64,000 nucleotides of DNA, taken from positions 1 through 64,000 of the forward strand of contig JBGAJQ010000003.1 of the NCBI GenBank assembly GCA_044224875.1, written 5' to 3'. The DNA is from Gemmatimonadaceae bacterium. Lineage in GTDB: Bacteria; Gemmatimonadota; Gemmatimonadetes; Gemmatimonadales; Gemmatimonadaceae. Positions 20,378 through 29,491 of this stretch are shown here, piece by piece (positions within the stretch are counted from its first letter, which is position 1; every line of letters begins with the position of its first letter). Made by a program: the position numbers and the translations under genes. Under the pieces are notes generated by a model. That model was not told the origin of the DNA. It ran no database searches and saw nothing but the letters and a program-made list of their open reading frames with translations.

Positions 20378-21436
20378 CTAGGGTTCTCGCGGTGTCGGCT
20401 GCTGCTGGGACAAGCAGTGCAGGGTTCCCAGCCCCCACACCAGGTCGACCGAGTGAATGCCGACGACGGTACGATCCGGGAAACACTCAGCGATCGTGTT
20501 CAGCGCCACACGATCGTTCGGATCGTTGAAGGTCGGGACGATCACACAGTCGTTCGCGATGTAGAAGTTCGCGTACGAGGCGGGAAGACGCACACCGTCC
20601 ATCACCACCGGGCGCGGGTACGGGAGTTTCACGACGCGTAGCGGATCGCCTGACGAGAGCACCAAACGACTCAGGTTGTCTTCCGACCGGGCGTGGTTCT
20701 CATCGGCGGGGTCCTCCTCGAACGCCAGCAACACCGTGTCTGCGTCTGCAAAGCGCGCGATATCGTCGATGTGCCCGTGCGTGTCATCGCCCACGCATCC
20801 TTCGCCAAGCCAAATCGTCTGACGAATCCCCAGTACGTCGTGGAAGACCTGCTCGTATCCTTCGCGGGAGAGTCCGGGGTTCCGCGTTTGGACGTCGGAG
20901 AGCAGGCACTCTTCGGTGACCATCATCCGGCCCGTCCCGGAGACCTCGATGGCCCCACCCTCGAGGACAACGCGGCTGGAATCATCCGGGCGGATCGGCG
21001 TGAGGCGTGGCAATCCACTCAGCGTTGCAACTGCGGCGCCGACCTCCGCATCCAGGCCGAAGTTGTCGTACTTTGCCCAAGCGTTGAAGCTCCAGTGGAC
21101 GAGCGCGACGCGTCCGTCCGCGTCGTGGACGGCGGTCGGCCCACTGTCTCGGAGCCAGACGCGGTCATTGGGCACCACGTGCAGGCGGTAACGCTCAGGG
21201 TTGCAGCCGTGGGCCTCCAGCTTCTGCCGCGCATCGTCACACACCGCGGCGTCGTGACACAAGATTTCGACGCGCTCGAACGCGTGCAGGACGCGGACGA
21301 TTTCCGCATACACCCATGGAATCGTCTCGAACTTTCCGGGCCAGTCGGGTTCGTGTCGTGGCCAACCGATCCACGTGGCAGCATGCGGCTCCCACTCGGC
21401 GGGCATGCGGAATGGCGGCGTTGGTGCGTTAGGCAT
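20378..21436 (-). CDS. aguA: Agmatine deiminase family protein
   Basis: RMPAEWEPH, WLRDSGP, FNAW, LEGG, TEECLL, DDTHGHID, SYANF, GTLHCLSQQ. Confidence 0.92.
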   Translation of the reverse strand: MPNAPTPPFRMPAEWEPHAATWIGWPRHEPDWPGKFETIPWVYAEIVRVLHAFERVEILCHDAAVCDDARQKLEAHGCNPERYRLHVVPNDRVWLRDSGPTAVHDADGRVALVHWSFNAWAKYDNFGLDAEVGAAVATLSGLPRLTPIRPDDSSRVVLEGGAIEVSGTGRMMVTEECLLSDVQTRNPGLSREGYEQVFHDVLGIRQTIWLGEGCVGDDTHGHIDDIARFADADTVLLAFEEDPADENHARSEDNLSRLVLSSGDPLRVVKLPYPRPVVMDGVRLPASYANFYIANDCVIVPTFNDPNDRVALNTIAECFPDRTVVGIHSVDLVWGLGTLHCLSQQQPTPREP

Positions 21437-21492
21437 GTTCGAGGTGCAGGGCGCGAGGGTGTCGAGCGGCGAGCAAGTGCTGGCTCGTCGTG

Positions 21493-22419
21493 TCAGCCGA
21501 GGTAGCGGGAGAGTATCCCCTGGTAGGCGTCGACACGCCGATCCCGAAGGAACGGCCAATTGCGGCGAGTGTCTTCGATGCGCGCCGGGTCGCAGCGTGC
21601 GACCACCACGGCGGGGTCTGTTCCCGCTTCCGCGAGTACTCGTCCAAAGGGATCGAAGATCACGGACTGGCCAAAGAACTCGAGTCCGTCCGTGCCGGGT
21701 TCTGGCTCGAACCCAACACGGTTTGGCGACGCGACGAACACGCCGTTGGCAATGGCGTGGGCTCGCTGAATCGTCCGCCACGCGGTGACCTGGTCGGCGC
21801 CGAACGTTGCCTTCTCCGCGGGATGCCACCCGATGGCCGTCGGGTAGAACAGAATGTCCGCCCCCAGCAGTGCCGTGATGCGCGCGCCTTCCGGGTACCA
21901 CTGATCCCAGCAGATAAGCACCCCGACGTCTGCATAACGAGTCTTGAAAACGCGAAAGCCCTGTGAGGTGCGTGTGGCGCCCGGCGCGGCCGGCGGAACG
22001 TCGATCGTGTCGCCTGGGGCGAAGTAGTACTTCTCCTCGAAGAGCGGATCGTGTGGGATGTGCATCTTCCGGTAAACGCCGAGCAGTGCACCGTCCGCAT
22101 CCACCACGGCGGCGCTGTTGCGGTACAGTCCCGCCGCCTGACGTTCGTAGATGGGAATGATCAGGACGATCGCCAGTTCGCGAGCCAGCGCTTGCAGTCG
22201 CTCCACGGTGGGGCCCGGAATCGGCTCAGCGATATCGAACCACTCCATCTTGAGCGACTTGCAGAAGTACGGCGCGTTGAAGAGCTCCTGCAGGCAGACG
22301 ATCTGCGCCCCTTGGGCGTGCGCCTCGCGAATTCGCGCGACCTGTCGCTCCAGGTTGGCGGCGCGATCGCTTCCGGCCGTTTCCTGGATGACACCTACGA
22401 CGAACGGTGGCTTCGGCAT
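21493..22419 (-). CDS. aguB: N-carbamoylputrescine amidase (nitrilase family)
   Basis: LQELF, YRKMHIP, EKYYF, ICWDQWYPEGAR, YPTAIGW, WPFLRDRR; adjacent to aguA. Confidence 0.88.
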   Translation of the reverse strand: MPKPPFVVGVIQETAGSDRAANLERQVARIREAHAQGAQIVCLQELFNAPYFCKSLKMEWFDIAEPIPGPTVERLQALARELAIVLIIPIYERQAAGLYRNSAAVVDADGALLGVYRKMHIPHDPLFEEKYYFAPGDTIDVPPAAPGATRTSQGFRVFKTRYADVGVLICWDQWYPEGARITALLGADILFYPTAIGWHPAEKATFGADQVTAWRTIQRAHAIANGVFVASPNRVGFEPEPGTDGLEFFGQSVIFDPFGRVLAEAGTDPAVVVARCDPARIEDTRRNWPFLRDRRVDAYQGILSRYLG

Positions 22420-22500
22420 GGGGGGAAACGTAGGGATCGCAGGGCCGCAAGGGAATGGGTGCGTCGGCTGAGAGAGGGCGGGCAGCGCGCCCAACTCGCG

Positions 22501-23838
22501 TTAGGCACAGGGCGCGAGGCGTACGGAGGCGATGATGACGTCGTTGACGTTCGTCCCGGTGGGGCCGGTCCGGATGAGCGCGCCCGCGGCGTCCAAGGCG
22601 TCGTAGGCGGAGTGGGAAAGCAGGTCGCGGTCGGGTGTCCGGCCAGCCGCGACGATCCGCGCCCATGTGGTCGCGTCGACGACGGCGCCTGCCGCGTCGG
22701 TGGGCCCATCCCTTCCGTCTGTTCCGGCAATCAGCACGCGGATCGTGTCGGACCGAGGGCGCAGCCGGTTCAGCTCGCGCGCCACGGCGAGTGCCATCTC
22801 CTGACATCGCCCGCCACGTCCGTGTTCAGCGGTGCCTAACGTCACTGTGGTCTCACCGCCAGCGACGGTGCAGGCGACGGCGCTCGGTGATGTGCCCGCC
22901 GACAGCAGCTGCTGACGCCAAGCCACCAGGCGCGAGCCGAGTTCGGTTCCTACCTGGCGAGCCTCGCCCTTGAGTGGTTGGGCAATCATTCGCACCGGGT
23001 CGAAAGCGTGCTGCGATGCGGCCGCCGTCGCCGCCTCAACAGCCGTTCGGTTGGATATGAGGATGCGCGTGGTGACCGCACGAAACACCGCGGAGCCAGG
23101 TTTCGGCGTCTCGGGGACGCGCTTGTGGTGGACGTCGTCCAGGTACTGCCGCACGGAGGAGGGAAGGGCGCCGTCGGCTCCGACGCGCTCAAGCATGCGA
23201 ATGACCTTGCCCGCCGTGAGAGAGTCTGGCGTGCAGGGACCAGAGCCGATGTGGGCGGGATCGTCTCCCAGAACGTCGGAGGCGATCAGCAGGTCAATCT
23301 GCCGGGGAGCCAACGCAACCGTCAGGCGACCCGCGGCATGGCGCAGCACGCGCTTGCGCGCGGCGTTCATGGTCTGGATGTCAGCTCCGGACCGATGCAG
23401 CTGTTCGAACAGACGCGAGAGATCCTCCACCGGTACTCCAGCGACGGGCGCGGCAATCAGGCTCGTGGTGCCGCCGGAGAGGAGTACCAGCACGCGCGCG
23501 TCAGCGGGAAGCGATTCGACCCAGCGGTCGATGGCCGCTGCGGCGACCAGGGAGCGTGGGCCGGGAATTGGGTGATCTCCCACCACGACCTCTGAGCCCG
23601 CAGGAACGACCCCATCGTCCGTTGAGCTGACGGCCAGCATGGCCCCCGGCGTGATCCCGGCAGCGTGCAGCGCCTCCACGCACCCAACCAGCATGGCTCG
23701 CGCCGCCTTCCCGATCGCCAGCACGCCGACCGGGCCGCCACCAAAGTTCAAACTGGCGACAGCCTCACGCGTCACTCGCGAAGGCTCCACGGCAGCGAGG
23801 GCCGCGTGAAACACCAATTCCAGTGGATCGCTGCTCAT
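22501..23838 (-). CDS. Glycerate kinase type 2 (DUF4147/MOFRL)
   Basis: IGKAA, GDHPIP, LLSGG, SDVLGD, IGSGP, GGETTV, GGRCQE, GTDGRDG, TGPTGTNVND. Confidence 0.9.
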   Translation of the reverse strand: MSSDPLELVFHAALAAVEPSRVTREAVASLNFGGGPVGVLAIGKAARAMLVGCVEALHAAGITPGAMLAVSSTDDGVVPAGSEVVVGDHPIPGPRSLVAAAAIDRWVESLPADARVLVLLSGGTTSLIAAPVAGVPVEDLSRLFEQLHRSGADIQTMNAARKRVLRHAAGRLTVALAPRQIDLLIASDVLGDDPAHIGSGPCTPDSLTAGKVIRMLERVGADGALPSSVRQYLDDVHHKRVPETPKPGSAVFRAVTTRILISNRTAVEAATAAASQHAFDPVRMIAQPLKGEARQVGTELGSRLVAWRQQLLSAGTSPSAVACTVAGGETTVTLGTAEHGRGGRCQEMALAVARELNRLRPRSDTIRVLIAGTDGRDGPTDAAGAVVDATTWARIVAAGRTPDRDLLSHSAYDALDAAGALIRTGPTGTNVNDVIIASVRLAPCA

Positions 23839-23907
23839 GGGGTCAGATACGCGCGTGCCCCGGCGATCGAGGACCGGGGCACGACGAAGTGGTTCACACC
23901 GCGAGAC

Positions 23908-24507
23908 CTACGACGATCCTTCCTTCGGGGCAGTCGGTGCGACCTTGTCCACGGCCGCATCTAGCTCCGAATAGGCATCAGCGGCCATGACCCGAAATGC
24001 GGTCTTGTACGTAATGCGACCCGTTTTGTCGATGACGTACAGGTGTCGCGAGTCCATCTTGTTCGTTTCGCTATACGCCTGATACAACCGACTCACGGTC
24101 GCATCCGCGTCTGACATGAACGCGATCGGGAACGACGACTGCTTTGCCCATGCGAGCAACGCCGTGTCCGGGTCCACACTGATCCCGATCACCGTCACGT
24201 CGCGGCCGTTGTTGAAGAGCGTGGCGTACTGATCACGGTACGCCTCCATTTGAATCGTTCAACCCTTGGTCCTGGCCTTGGGAAAGAACGCCAGCACCAC
24301 TGCCTGACCATGCAGGTCAGAGAGCTTGATGCGTTCCTTCAGCGCGCCCCATCGTGTGAGCGGCTGAAACTCGAAGTCAGGAGCCAGTTCGCCAACGCCC
24401 GGTCCTACGGTGAGCTGGCCGGGCTGCTGTTGGGCACGTACGTCGGATGCGATCAGGGCGACTGCCAGCGTGGCGACCCCAAGCAACCCGGAACGACGCA
24501 AGGTCAT
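23908..24507 (-). CDS. Selenocysteine-containing peroxiredoxin (AhpC/TSA, BCP/AhpE-like), 199 aa, Sec83, with signal peptide
   Basis: ORFs 24259..24507 and 23908..24249 share a frame, joined by TGA(24261-24259)-ACG-ATT-CAA. They give APDF...LSDLHGQAVVLAFFPKARTKG-U-TIQMEAY...VIGISVD...SD...RHLYVIDKTGRI, so the TGA sits at the Cys of PxxxTxxC. Confidence 0.88.
24223..24244 (-). promoter_or_regulatory. Putative bacterial SECIS hairpin
   Basis: mRNA GGCGUAC-CGUGAUCA-GUACGCC: perfect 7-bp stem starting 14 nt after the UGA, with G in the second loop position. Confidence 0.7.
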
Positions 24508-24604
24508 GGGAATTCTCGGAAAGGATGAAAAAGAATGTGCGCGGGCCCGACTTCTCGCAACGCCTCAACCAAGGGTCCGGCGTCTCGCGCAATGGACATC
24601 GGAC

Positions 24605-24676
24605 TGTCCACACACGGGACAGGGCGAGGGCCAAGTGATTTAATACCAACGCTTCGCCAAAGGCACGGTCGCTGCA
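24605..24676 (+). promoter_or_regulatory. Palindrome TGTCC-N7-GGACA plus candidate sigma-54 promoter
   Basis: TGTCCACACACGGGACA at 24605-24621; AGGCACGGTCGCTGCA at 24661-24676 (GG-N10-GC). Confidence 0.45.
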
Positions 24677-24769
24677 AAGTGGTCGGCGCGGAGCGCGCGG
24701 GTCGTTCGCGGATCCCCTTCCTGCGGTCGGAACGCGCGTCTCCGCAATCCCCCCTCGCTTGGAGGCGTC

Positions 24770-25261
24770 ATGCGACTCAATCGTCTAGTTGCCTTACCCG
24801 TCGTCGCGTTTGCACTGGCCTGCGGTTCCGGTGAGCCGCCGCGCGTGGACGACGCCCTTCGACAGGACCTTTCGCTTGCGTCACAGGCTCAACCGTACAT
24901 GGCGCAGCCGTTCGTTTCTCAGGTTGAGCTCGGGTATGACGCGTACGGACGCCCGGTCTATCAACCCGCACAATATCGAATGCCGGCGTATCCGGCTCCC
25001 GTTCCGGTGGCGACTCGCCAGGCACCTCGCATCTATCGCGCACCGAGCACGGCCAGTACCGGGGGGAGCCGAGGATCGGAAGGCGTCGTCGAGCAGCGCA
25101 ACACTCAACGCGATGCAATCCTGGGCGCCGCGGCTGGCGCAGCGATCGGAATGGCGTCGAGCCGCGATCGATTGAAGGGCGCGGTGATTGGTGCGGCAGC
25201 GGGCGGAGTGCTCGGCGCCATTTACGGTCAGAAGGTCGACGTGAACAAGGTGCCGAGGTAA
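24770..25261 (+). CDS. Glycine-zipper lipoprotein
   Basis: ALA-C lipobox; C-terminal GAAAGAAIG...GAVIGAAAGGVLGAIYG; GGAGG SD. Confidence 0.8.
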   Translation: MRLNRLVALPVVAFALACGSGEPPRVDDALRQDLSLASQAQPYMAQPFVSQVELGYDAYGRPVYQPAQYRMPAYPAPVPVATRQAPRIYRAPSTASTGGSRGSEGVVEQRNTQRDAILGAAAGAAIGMASSRDRLKGAVIGAAAGGVLGAIYGQKVDVNKVPR

Positions 25262-25287
25262 CGGGACGTTCTCGGGCAAGAACAGGA

Positions 25288-25322
25288 ACGGGCGGAGCAA
25301 CAGGCTCCGCCCGTCTCCTTTT
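25288..25322 (+). terminator. Rho-independent terminator
   Basis: ACGGGCGGAGC-AACAG-GCTCCGCCCGT followed by CTCCTTTT, between convergent genes. Confidence 0.7.
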
Positions 25323-26227
25323 CAGTGGTCAGTTGGAGGAACCGCCAGACGCAACTTGGCCGCGAGGCAGTCGATCCTCAGGTCGGTAGACTCTGACAGA
25401 TGCAATTCACCATCGGCGTCGAACCAGGGCGGTGTGGCAAAGCGCAGTCGCACCTGGGCGCTGCGATGCACACGGACTTCTGGAGCGCGCACGTGGGTGC
25501 CCTGGGTTGCCCCGGCAAATAACGCGATGCGACGAAAGGGCGAGGCATTCCGTACCACCACTACGTCGAGCGCGCCGTCGTCCACCGACGCCTGCGGAGC
25601 AATCAGGAATCCGCCGCCAAAACGCGGCCCGTTGGATATCGTCAGGAGCAACAATCGCTCGGGGTGGCCAGGTTCCGACCCATCCACGGTGTGGGCGGCA
25701 TCGGTCCCGCGGTAGGTGAAGAGTTTCTGTGCCGCCGTGATCAGGTAACGCGGGTGGCCAGAGATCCAGGTGCGGGTGCGCGTGGTTTCCAGGACTGCGG
25801 AATCGAACCCGAATCCGCAGACGTTCAGGAAGGCGGTACCGTTTACCACGCCGACATCCACGCGGCGTTCGTGCGGTCCAACGGCAATGGCCGCGGCCCG
25901 CGCCACTTCGTGCGCCGGGACCTTGGTCGCAAAGGCGAAATCGTTTCCAGTACCGGCCGCCACCATTGCCAGGCGGGTATCGCATCCCGATTCGAGAATT
26001 CCCCCTGCTGCGTTGCCCCAGGTTCCATCGCCGCCTAACGCGATGACGGTGTCGAATCCCTCCCGGGCCGCCTCACGGGCGAGCTTGCGTTCCTCGCCCG
26101 CGCGCGTGGTGATCCGAAGGTCGGTGACGCCCACAGCGGCAAAGGCCTCGCGAACGCTGGGGATCAGCTGCCCCCCGCGCCCTCCACCGGACGCGGGGTT
26201 GGCAATGACGCAGCATCGCCGCGCCAC
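25322..26227 (-). CDS. Diacylglycerol/lipid kinase family protein (YegS/BmrU-like)
   Basis: NPASG, GGDGT, GTGNDFA, VDVG, NGPRFGGG, DDGALD, DGE. Confidence 0.9.
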   Translation of the reverse strand: MARRCCVIANPASGGGRGGQLIPSVREAFAAVGVTDLRITTRAGEERKLAREAAREGFDTVIALGGDGTWGNAAGGILESGCDTRLAMVAAGTGNDFAFATKVPAHEVARAAAIAVGPHERRVDVGVVNGTAFLNVCGFGFDSAVLETTRTRTWISGHPRYLITAAQKLFTYRGTDAAHTVDGSEPGHPERLLLLTISNGPRFGGGFLIAPQASVDDGALDVVVVRNASPFRRIALFAGATQGTHVRAPEVRVHRSAQVRLRFATPPWFDADGELHLSESTDLRIDCLAAKLRLAVPPTDH

Positions 26228-26235
26228 GGGTCGCC

Positions 26236-29001
26236 CTACTTTCGGGCGAGCTGGCGGAGGACGTACGGCAGGATTCCGCCGTGCGTGTAGTAGTTCAGCT
26301 CTTCCGGCGTATCGATGCGCGATCGAACCGTGAATTTCTTCTCGCTGCCGTCAGCGGCTCGAGCGGTCACTGTAAGCGTTGCCCTCGGGCCCATCTGGTC
26401 CGACAGTCCATCGAGCGTGTAGGTCTCGAACCCCGTCAGGTCGAGCGCTTGACGAGTTTGGCCGTCGGTGAATTCCAGGGGAAGGACACCCATGCCGACC
26501 AGGTTGGAACGATGGATCCGCTCGAAGGACTCCGCGATGACGGCGCGCACTCCAAGAAGCGCCGTCCCTTTCGCCGCCCAGTCGCGGGACGATCCCGTCC
26601 CGTATTCCTTGCCGGCGATGATCAGCTGCGGCACACCATTCGCCTTTCGCTCCATGGCCACTTCGAATAGTGCGACCGCCTCTGCACCGGGCGCGGTGGC
26701 GGTCCACCAGCCTTCCTTGCCTCCCGCCAGCTCATTGCGCAGCCGGATATTCGCAAACGTGCCGCGCATCATCACCTCGTGATTTCCGCGGCGAGCACCG
26801 TACGAATTGAAGTCCTTCTTCGTGACGCCCTGGGCAACGAGCCATTGCCCGGCCGGGCTCTTTTCGGCGATTGAACCTGCCGGCGAGATGTGATCGGTCG
26901 TGATGGAGTCGCCGAACATGCCCAGCACGCGGGCATTGGCGATTGGCGCCACGCCTGGAGCTTCCCGGGACATGCCGACGAAGTACGGCGGGTGCTTCAC
27001 GTAGGTAGAGGTGTCGCTCCACGCGTAGCGGTCCCCCGTGGGAACCTCGAGACCCTGCCACTCGGCGTCGCCCGCGAAGACGTCGGCGTACTGCTCCTGG
27101 AACATCTCACGCTTGACGGAGCGCAAGACTTCATCCTCCACCTCCTTGGGCGTCGGCCAGATGTCGCGCAGGAACACCGGTCCGTCGTTGCCAATGCCTA
27201 ACGGTTCGGTGTTCAGGTCGATGTCCATGCGGCCGGCCAACGCAAAGGCAACAACCAGCGGTGGCGAGGCTAGGTAATTGAAACGCGTCTGCGGATTCAC
27301 GCGACCTTCAAAATTGCGGTTCCCCGAAAGGACCGCGGCCACCACGAGCTTGCCGTCGTCGATCGCCTTGGAGATGGTGTCCGGGAGGGGGCCGGAATTC
27401 CCGATGCATGTCGTGCAGCCGTACCCCACGACGGCGAACCCGACCTTCTCGAGGTCGCCCATGACGCCAGCGCGCTTGAAGTACTCCGTCACGACCTTGG
27501 ATCCCGGCGCGAGGGACGTCTTCACCCACGGCTTCGACGACAGCCCCTTCTTGACCGCGTTTCGTGCCAAGAGACCCGCAGCCAGCATCACCGAGGGATT
27601 GGACGTGTTGGTGCAGCTCGTGATCGCCGCGATCACCACGGCGCCGTGTTTGAGCTGGAAGGACTGACCATTCAGCACTGTTGGCACACCCGACTGTTCG
27701 ATCGTCTCCGCCACATTCGTGACGGTCGTGGTCGCGCCACCGGTGGCCGCCGCACTCGTCCCCGCCTTGGCCCCCGCCTGCGCCAACCGGTCCAGCTCAG
27801 ACGTCAGCGCATCGCGGAACATCCCCTTGGACGCCGCCAAAGGCACGCGGTCCTGCGGGCGCTTTGGTCCGGCCAGGCTGGGCTCAACGGTCGACAGGTC
27901 GAGTTGGATCGTATCGGTGAACTCGGGATCCGCGGTGGTGTCCGTTCGGAAAAGCCCCTGCTCCCTCGCGTACGCCTCCACGAGTTGCACCTGCGCCTCG
28001 CTGCGCCCACTAAGCCGCAAGTAGTGAAGCGTCTCCGCGTCGACCGGGAAGAAACCCATGGTCGCCCCGTACTCCGGTGCCATGTTGGCGATGGTGGCGC
28101 GGTCTGCCAGCGACAGCGAGGACAGCCCGGCACCATAGAACTCCACGAACTTGCCGACCACCTTCTTCTTGCGCAGCATCTCCGTGACGGTCAGCACGAG
28201 GTCGGTCGCCGTTGCGCCTGCCGGCAGCCGCCCGTGCAGCTTGAACCCCACGACCTCCGGAATGAGCATGGTCACCGGCTGACCCAGCATGGCCGCCTCC
28301 GCCTCGATCCCGCCAACTCCCCATCCCATCACGCCCAGGCCGTTGATCATCGTCGTGTGGGAGTCCGTTCCCACCAGCGAATCCGGGTAGGCGTACAGTT
28401 CGCCGCCAATCGGATTCGTGAACACCACTTGTCCGAGATACTCCAGGTTCACCTGGTGACAGATCCCCGTGCCCGGTGGCACCACACGGAAGTTGTCGAA
28501 AGCCGTTTGCCCCCATCGCAGGAATACGTAACGCTCCCGGTTCCGCTCGAATTCCAACTCGGTGTTCAGCAACAGAGCGGCTTCATTGCCATACTGGTCT
28601 ACTTGCACCGAGTGATCGATGACCAGGTCCACGGGCTGCAAGGGGTTGATGCGCTTGGCATCGCCACCGAGCGAGACGATGGCGTCGCGCATGGCGGCCA
28701 AGTCGACCACACACGGCACACCGGTGAAGTCCTGCAGCAGCACGCGACTGGTGCGGAAGGCGATCTCCTTCTCGGCCTTCGAGTGCACATCCCACCTGGC
28801 CATGGTCTCGACATCCTCCCGCTTCACAAACGCGCCGTCCTCGCCGCGCAGAAGGTTCTCGAGCAGGATCTTCAGGGAAAAAGGCAAGCGGTCAATGCGA
28901 TGCCCGGTGAGTCCCGTCAACGCGCTCAAGCGAAAGATCGTGTAGTGCGTGCCGGCCACGTCGAGTACAGACCGCGCGCCGAAGGAATTCGGATGTGCCA
29001 T
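26236..29001 (-). CDS. acnA: Aconitate hydratase A
   Basis: LQDFTGVP, DHSVQVD, GICHQVNLE, DSHTTM, AITSCTNTSNP, GYGCTTCIGNSG, TTDHISPAG, GSSRDWAAKG. Confidence 0.97.
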   Translation of the reverse strand: MAHPNSFGARSVLDVAGTHYTIFRLSALTGLTGHRIDRLPFSLKILLENLLRGEDGAFVKREDVETMARWDVHSKAEKEIAFRTSRVLLQDFTGVPCVVDLAAMRDAIVSLGGDAKRINPLQPVDLVIDHSVQVDQYGNEAALLLNTELEFERNRERYVFLRWGQTAFDNFRVVPPGTGICHQVNLEYLGQVVFTNPIGGELYAYPDSLVGTDSHTTMINGLGVMGWGVGGIEAEAAMLGQPVTMLIPEVVGFKLHGRLPAGATATDLVLTVTEMLRKKKVVGKFVEFYGAGLSSLSLADRATIANMAPEYGATMGFFPVDAETLHYLRLSGRSEAQVQLVEAYAREQGLFRTDTTADPEFTDTIQLDLSTVEPSLAGPKRPQDRVPLAASKGMFRDALTSELDRLAQAGAKAGTSAAATGGATTTVTNVAETIEQSGVPTVLNGQSFQLKHGAVVIAAITSCTNTSNPSVMLAAGLLARNAVKKGLSSKPWVKTSLAPGSKVVTEYFKRAGVMGDLEKVGFAVVGYGCTTCIGNSGPLPDTISKAIDDGKLVVAAVLSGNRNFEGRVNPQTRFNYLASPPLVVAFALAGRMDIDLNTEPLGIGNDGPVFLRDIWPTPKEVEDEVLRSVKREMFQEQYADVFAGDAEWQGLEVPTGDRYAWSDTSTYVKHPPYFVGMSREAPGVAPIANARVLGMFGDSITTDHISPAGSIAEKSPAGQWLVAQGVTKKDFNSYGARRGNHEVMMRGTFANIRLRNELAGGKEGWWTATAPGAEAVALFEVAMERKANGVPQLIIAGKEYGTGSSRDWAAKGTALLGVRAVIAESFERIHRSNLVGMGVLPLEFTDGQTRQALDLTGFETYTLDGLSDQMGPRATLTVTARAADGSEKKFTVRSRIDTPEELNYYTHGGILPYVLRQLARK

Positions 29002-29171
29002 GGGTAGGAAGACCTGGTGACGAAGGAGCGATTGATGAGAGGATCGCTCGGGCGCGGAAGCGGCGGCGCCGAGCATTGCTCGCGACTGCCCAGCCAGCAG
29101 TGTAATCTAGCAGAACGCGGGAGGCGTGCTGACACGCTCCCGCTCCATGGGTTCGCGAGGGCTTCGCCAGC

Positions 29172-29444
29172 ATGAGCAGAGCGTTCGTATCGGAAGACCG
29201 GGAGGATTCCTACGGCGGAAGGCGCTTTGTCCTGCCCGCCCGGGATGACCCTGCCTACGATGAGGCAGCGGCTCGTGCCCTCCTCGAGGCGGCGCGCGAA
29301 GGAATCACCGGGGCCGCGGAGCAGGCCACTGGTTATTACTGGGGCGAGGTGTCGCTTCGGCCCATCGTAGAACGCCTGCGCGCCGAGGCGGAGGCCGCAG
29401 GCGACGACCGATTGGAACAGCTCGCGAGGCGCTTTCTTCGGTAA
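29172..29444 (+). CDS. Small hypothetical protein
   Basis: 90-aa ORF divergent from acnA; N-terminus MSRAFVSED resembles that of some GreA/GreB-like proteins. Confidence 0.6.
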   Translation: MSRAFVSEDREDSYGGRRFVLPARDDPAYDEAAARALLEAAREGITGAAEQATGYYWGEVSLRPIVERLRAEAEAAGDDRLEQLARRFLR

Positions 29445-29491
29445 AGGATTTCACCCGCGCCGTGTGAGATCCGCCGACGTGTCCCGCTCCG

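Noticed and set aside
24259..24261. Simple nonsense mutation (pseudogene) in the peroxiredoxin
   Set aside because: The stop is TGA exactly at the catalytic Cys position with a hairpin 3' of it and both halves intact, which favours Sec. It is not fully excluded without seeing sel genes.
27646..29007. 453-aa plus-strand ORF
   Set aside because: Antisense shadow of acnA.
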